The notes under the pieces: model-generated
What the model saw: only the letters and a program-made list of their open reading frames with translations
Told to the model about the DNA's origin: nothing
Database searches by the model: none
Program-made: the position numbers and the translations under genes
Shown here: in pieces, positions 60,088-64,000 of the stretch
How the letters are laid out: the number at the start of each line of letters is the position of its first letter
How positions within the stretch are numbered: the first letter of the stretch is position 1
From: Diplonema japonicum
Taxonomy: Eukaryota; Protista; Euglenozoa: Diplonemea
Direction: 5' to 3'
NCBI GenBank assembly: GCA_964019335.1
Contig: OZ025747.1
Coordinates: forward strand, 1-64,000
Length of the DNA: 64,000 nucleotides

Positions 60088-60975
60088 ATGGAAGCAGACA
60101 GTAAGGTCATCCTCGACAAGATGAAAGCACAGATGTGCAGGGACGATGCCGATGCGGAGGACGAGGAAGAGGAAGAAGAAGATGACGAGCGGTCGGACCT
60201 CATAACTATAGAAACTCTGCTGGACCTCCTCGACGACATGGGTACAGAGGAACAGGTGAAAAGCAGGCAAAAGATGAAGCTGCTAAACCTATGCATGCGG
60301 GAGTGCCTGGAAACAAGCTTCGGGGAAGTGATCGCACCCATAGCCGTGGGACACGGCTGGACAAGCGGCCGGTTCCCTAGGATAAGCCTCACATTGGTAA
60401 GATCCCTTTGCGAAAGGATCAGAGAGGCTCTACAAGACCTGGAAAATATGGAGGATCAAGAAGAAGAACCCCCTGTGGATGGTATCGACACTAATATCCT
60501 TGAATCCCTGAGCGGGGTCATGCGGGAGATTTCGGAGCAAAGGGAGCAAGTAGCCGGTGTGGCAGAGCAACTTATGTCTGTTGGTGATGAGATTGAAAGC
60601 CTTAAAGGTGAGGCAAGTTCTGATGACAGTCCCGATCGTCTTCTTTCTCTAATGGCACGGCACCCAGGGTGTGCGATGTCTGCACACCTTGTGGCGGTTC
60701 AGAAGGATTTTGCAAAATCGATAACTTGTCCTCTCCCCACTCCTGCCAAGCACCCTTATCCCGGGTTTGATGGCTCGAACGATAATAATGTGTTCACCTC
60801 GCACGACCCAAGGGGCGGGCTCCATGCAGCCAAACCTTCCATCCTCGACAAGATTAGACAGAACTTCAAACAGTACCTCTGCATCGTGGTGATCGTCGGC
60901 GTCATGAACTACCGGAACCTCTCTAGAATGGTCGAGATGCTGTCGCAGGACAAATTTGCGAAGGAACAGGAATGA
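60088..60975 (+). CDS. Hypothetical acidic coiled-coil protein with a C-terminal hydrophobic segment
   Basis: 295-aa ORF, ATG after an A-run, YLCIVVIVGVM near the C-terminus. Confidence 0.7.
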   Translation: MEADSKVILDKMKAQMCRDDADAEDEEEEEEDDERSDLITIETLLDLLDDMGTEEQVKSRQKMKLLNLCMRECLETSFGEVIAPIAVGHGWTSGRFPRISLTLVRSLCERIREALQDLENMEDQEEEPPVDGIDTNILESLSGVMREISEQREQVAGVAEQLMSVGDEIESLKGEASSDDSPDRLLSLMARHPGCAMSAHLVAVQKDFAKSITCPLPTPAKHPYPGFDGSNDNNVFTSHDPRGGLHAAKPSILDKIRQNFKQYLCIVVIVGVMNYRNLSRMVEMLSQDKFAKEQE

Positions 60976-61137
60976 AAAAAAAAAAAAAAAAGAAAAAAAA
61001 AACTCCCTGTTTAACTAACCCCTCCCCCCCCTCTCTTACTAATTTTTTTTTCCCCCTCAAGGCGGACCATACAATTAAAAAAAAAAATTCCTTTTTTTAA
61101 AAAAAAAGGGGGGAGGGGAAAATAAAAAAATAAAAAA

Positions 61138-61941
61138 ATGGGGGGCCATCAAAGCACCCCTGAGCCTGCCACTCCAGGTGAAGGGTCTCCTAATTCGCAT
61201 GACATGAACGAGATGACGACAACACCGGGGCCGGGGTCGAGGGGGAGCAGGTTTATGTCTATGAGTCCCACCCCACCACCGACATGGGGTGCTCCTGGGG
61301 AATATGTTGTTGGGCAGAAATACGGGCAGTGCTGGAAACCGGGGTTGGTGGGGCTGGTGTACTTAAGGAAGAAAGTCGTGTTTCACCTGCCCCCCAAATC
61401 ACCTGGTTCCACTACGACGGTGAGGCAACCGTCACCCAGTGCCGACAACGAGGCACGTTGCCCCACAGAGCAGCAAGTTGTTGCTTCCCCCCGTATGCTA
61501 AGATCTGCCATGAAGAACAAGCGAAACGGAAAGATCAGGCACAAGGTCAAGCCGTCAGGTTCATTCACTATGGAGCACCGTACCCTCATTAAAAAATTTC
61601 ATTCGAAAATGCTGCTTCGCCACCTGTACCTAGGCGGCTATCTGGGTGAAACTACAAAAGAGTTCCTTGAAACCGAAAGGGTCTCCCGCCTTCGTGTTGT
61701 GGACGAAGAGGCTGTTGGGTGGACGTTGCTGCTGGAACAGTTCAGCGTCGCCCGCTTTAAAGAAACGAAAAAAAAAGAAAAAGAGGAGAAAAAACTCGCC
61801 GAAGAAGAATCCGCCAAAATCGACAAACGCTTCAAGAAGAAACAACACGCGACAAAAGCAGCCGCTGACGACATGGCACAGACAGCCCTGGACCTGGTAG
61901 CATCCATCGAGAAAGCGTTCCATTCCGAAAAACATGTTTAG
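61138..61941 (+). CDS. Hypothetical protein (267 aa), possible N-myristoylation start (MGGHQS)
   Basis: ORF on the cluster strand, ATG after an A-run. Confidence 0.65.
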   Translation: MGGHQSTPEPATPGEGSPNSHDMNEMTTTPGPGSRGSRFMSMSPTPPPTWGAPGEYVVGQKYGQCWKPGLVGLVYLRKKVVFHLPPKSPGSTTTVRQPSPSADNEARCPTEQQVVASPRMLRSAMKNKRNGKIRHKVKPSGSFTMEHRTLIKKFHSKMLLRHLYLGGYLGETTKEFLETERVSRLRVVDEEAVGWTLLLEQFSVARFKETKKKEKEEKKLAEEESAKIDKRFKKKQHATKAAADDMAQTALDLVASIEKAFHSEKHV

Positions 61942-62019
61942 ATTTTTTTTTTTTTTTAAATAAAAAAAAACAACTTTCCGACCCTCATTAACAGCAAAAA
62001 AAAAAGAAAAGAAAAGAAA

Positions 62020-64000
62020 ATGGGTTTCAAATCCGAAGGTTTGCTGGCAGGTTTCATCCTGAACGCCATGCTTGCACCGATCCTGCTCATTCTATCGTAT
62101 TTTCTCCAAAACAAGAACAAGCTTGGTTCCATCCTTCTCTGGAAGGTGTTCAGACCCCTCAGACCCGACGAACCGCCAACTTTTTTCAACTTTGGAGGAT
62201 GCGGCGATGGCGAACGCAGCACCGTCATGAAAACCATGTTCAGACTAAGCGACCCATGGCTCCGAAGGATTCAGGGTGACGAGGTCAACCTGTACCTTTC
62301 TTACTTAAAGCTCTGCATGATGATGTTCATGCCGGTCGGCTGCATAGTACTCCTAACTCTGGCCCCGTTAAACGAGTCCTCCGATTATCTTGAAAAATAC
62401 ACGGTTTTCGAACTGGAGGAGAACTACACACCCGGTGTAGGTGACTGGACCTCAAGGAACATCGATTCGAAGTCCTCGAGATGGTGGGGTGTCTTCATCC
62501 TGTCGCTCCTTGTAACCGCTGAAATGTACGGTCTCATCATCAACCTGATGCACCAGCTCCGAAGGGTTAAAGCGCGTCAACAACCCCGTAGGACAGCGGA
62601 GATCAAGAAGGTGTACACCATGGAAAAAGCGAAGGAGAAGATCCCAGCCGATTTCCTCGATCTCATCGAACACATTGAGCTCCCGAAGCGTCCTGTTGAG
62701 GGGATGATGGAAACCATGGAAAAACGTGAGAACGCAATTGCACAACTGGAGCACTTCTACGCCCTGTGCGAGAAGGAAGAGATCACAGGCGAGGACCGTT
62801 TCACCCACGAGGATCTCCTCATCAAGACATCGTTTTGCTGCGGTGACAAGGTAAACGCGATCACGTACTGGAGGAACAAGGTTGACACTTACCACGAACG
62901 CCTCGTCGAGTTTAAAAAACTTGTTGAAGATCAAGGCTCAATGGGAGTCGCATACGTAACCTTCAGGGAACCAAGAGACTGTGCCAGATTCATCATGGAG
63001 GTCAACACCGGTCCCCTCAACACAGCTTGGTTCGCACCCATCGCGAAGAACATCATTTGGGAAAACGCAGAAGTGGGCACGATATCATACTATGCAAGGT
63101 CGTTCCTGACAATGGTGGTGTTGTTTTTCGCAGTGTTGCTTTGGGGTGCGCTTGTTGGTTTCCTTGGATCCATCGATGAGTTCAGCAAGTACATCCCAGG
63201 GTTGGACCCCATTATTGAAACAAAACAGGAAATTCGTGACGCTGTTACAACATACGCGCCGATCATCGCATTGGCAGTGCTGATGATCTTTTTGCCGAGG
63301 ATAATGAGGGCTTGGACTCAGTACATCGAGGTGGTCCCAGACAAGACGGAACGCGAGCAGAGGGTGTTGAGGAAACTGTACATTTTCCTTCTCATCACAG
63401 CTGTTTTGTTGCAAGCGTTGCTGCAGGGAGCGGGAGACTCTCTGGACGTGCTGTTCGAGATGAACACAACGGAGATGATCGCAACGTTCACAAACATGAT
63501 TGTCCCCACTTCAGGTTACTTCGCTGTTACTGTGTTGCAAGCTGCTTTCGGCGGGAATCTTATCAGAGCAACTCGTATTGGTGATGTTATCGTGAGTCCT
63601 ATTCTTGCGATGTTTGCACTGACGCAGAGGGAACGCGACGATGCCTACAGCAAGCGTCCGTTTTACTTCAGCGAGGAGTACAGCTTCACGATGCTTGTGT
63701 TTTCCTTTGCTATTCTGTTCTCAGTTAACGTTCCCTACATTCCCATCCTTGGGTTTTTCTACTTTGTGCTGAGATTTTTGGTGGACAGGGCTACGCTTGC
63801 AGACGCGTACCCGGTGTGCAGAGACTCTGATTTACGTATGGTCCCAACTGTGGTGAACTTTATTACGACGCTTCTCTTCTTGGTCCAGTTCATGGGTGTG
63901 ACAGTCCTGTGTCTTAACAAGGAACGATGGGATGTGTTTTACGTGTCGCTTGTCCCGTGCGTGATGACATTGTGCCTAGTTGCATGGGTGTGGAAGGCAG
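62020..64000 (+). CDS. OSCA/TMEM63/CSC1 mechanosensitive channel; runs off the window end and is absent from the ORF track
   Basis: Manual translation from ATG 62020: N-terminal TM, GDEVNLYLSYLK, GVAYVTF, APIAKNIIWEN, then multiple TM segments. Confidence 0.85.
   Translation, partial: MGFKSEGLLAGFILNAMLAPILLILSYFLQNKNKLGSILLWKVFRPLRPDEPPTFFNFGGCGDGERSTVMKTMFRLSDPWLRRIQGDEVNLYLSYLKLCMMMFMPVGCIVLLTLAPLNESSDYLEKYTVFELEENYTPGVGDWTSRNIDSKSSRWWGVFILSLLVTAEMYGLIINLMHQLRRVKARQQPRRTAEIKKVYTMEKAKEKIPADFLDLIEHIELPKRPVEGMMETMEKRENAIAQLEHFYALCEKEEITGEDRFTHEDLLIKTSFCCGDKVNAITYWRNKVDTYHERLVEFKKLVEDQGSMGVAYVTFREPRDCARFIMEVNTGPLNTAWFAPIAKNIIWENAEVGTISYYARSFLTMVVLFFAVLLWGALVGFLGSIDEFSKYIPGLDPIIETKQEIRDAVTTYAPIIALAVLMIFLPRIMRAWTQYIEVVPDKTEREQRVLRKLYIFLLITAVLLQALLQGAGDSLDVLFEMNTTEMIATFTNMIVPTSGYFAVTVLQAAFGGNLIRATRIGDVIVSPILAMFALTQRERDDAYSKRPFYFSEEYSFTMLVFSFAILFSVNVPYIPILGFFYFVLRFLVDRATLADAYPVCRDSDLRMVPTVVNFITTLLFLVQFMGVTVLCLNKERWDVFYVSLVPCVMTLCLVAWVWKA

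Noticed and set aside
1-64000. tRNA, rRNA or spliced-leader RNA genes
   Set aside because: None was recognisable by eye; a covariance-model search would be needed to exclude them.

Overview
Eukaryotic DNA, most likely a euglenozoan. It has a nuclear ATP synthase alpha with the trypanosome-type C-terminus and one directional gene cluster, and the many short cis-introns favour a diplonemid-like lineage (inference). Bases 1-856 are a telomere-like (TTTGCGGG)n/(TTTGCGGGG)n array. A 5'-truncated, minus-strand CRE/RLE-type non-LTR retrotransposon (857-4608) is inserted in it, and the same repeat resumes on the far side (4609-4639). After its endonuclease the element carries an unexpected ~600-aa extension containing about four divergent tandem modules. 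Next comes an accessory zone (4.6-10 kb) with a Polinton/virus-like packaging-ATPase relic, a spliced P-loop NTPase and an AlkB fragment. From 10 kb to the end there are about 20 host genes, all on the + strand: an XLF-like-head/PDE fusion, ATP synthase alpha, PAH, a CCCH protein, BBS-type chaperonin-like, CDC40, RecQ, IYD, OTU, OST4, fibrillarin, APS reductase, ferredoxin, a PDZ protein, OYE, PPR-like, OSCA and hypotheticals. These are separated by homopolymer-rich spacers and interrupted by a deleted piggyBac and a second truncated LINE. All family calls are by-eye motif recognition; no searches were run.
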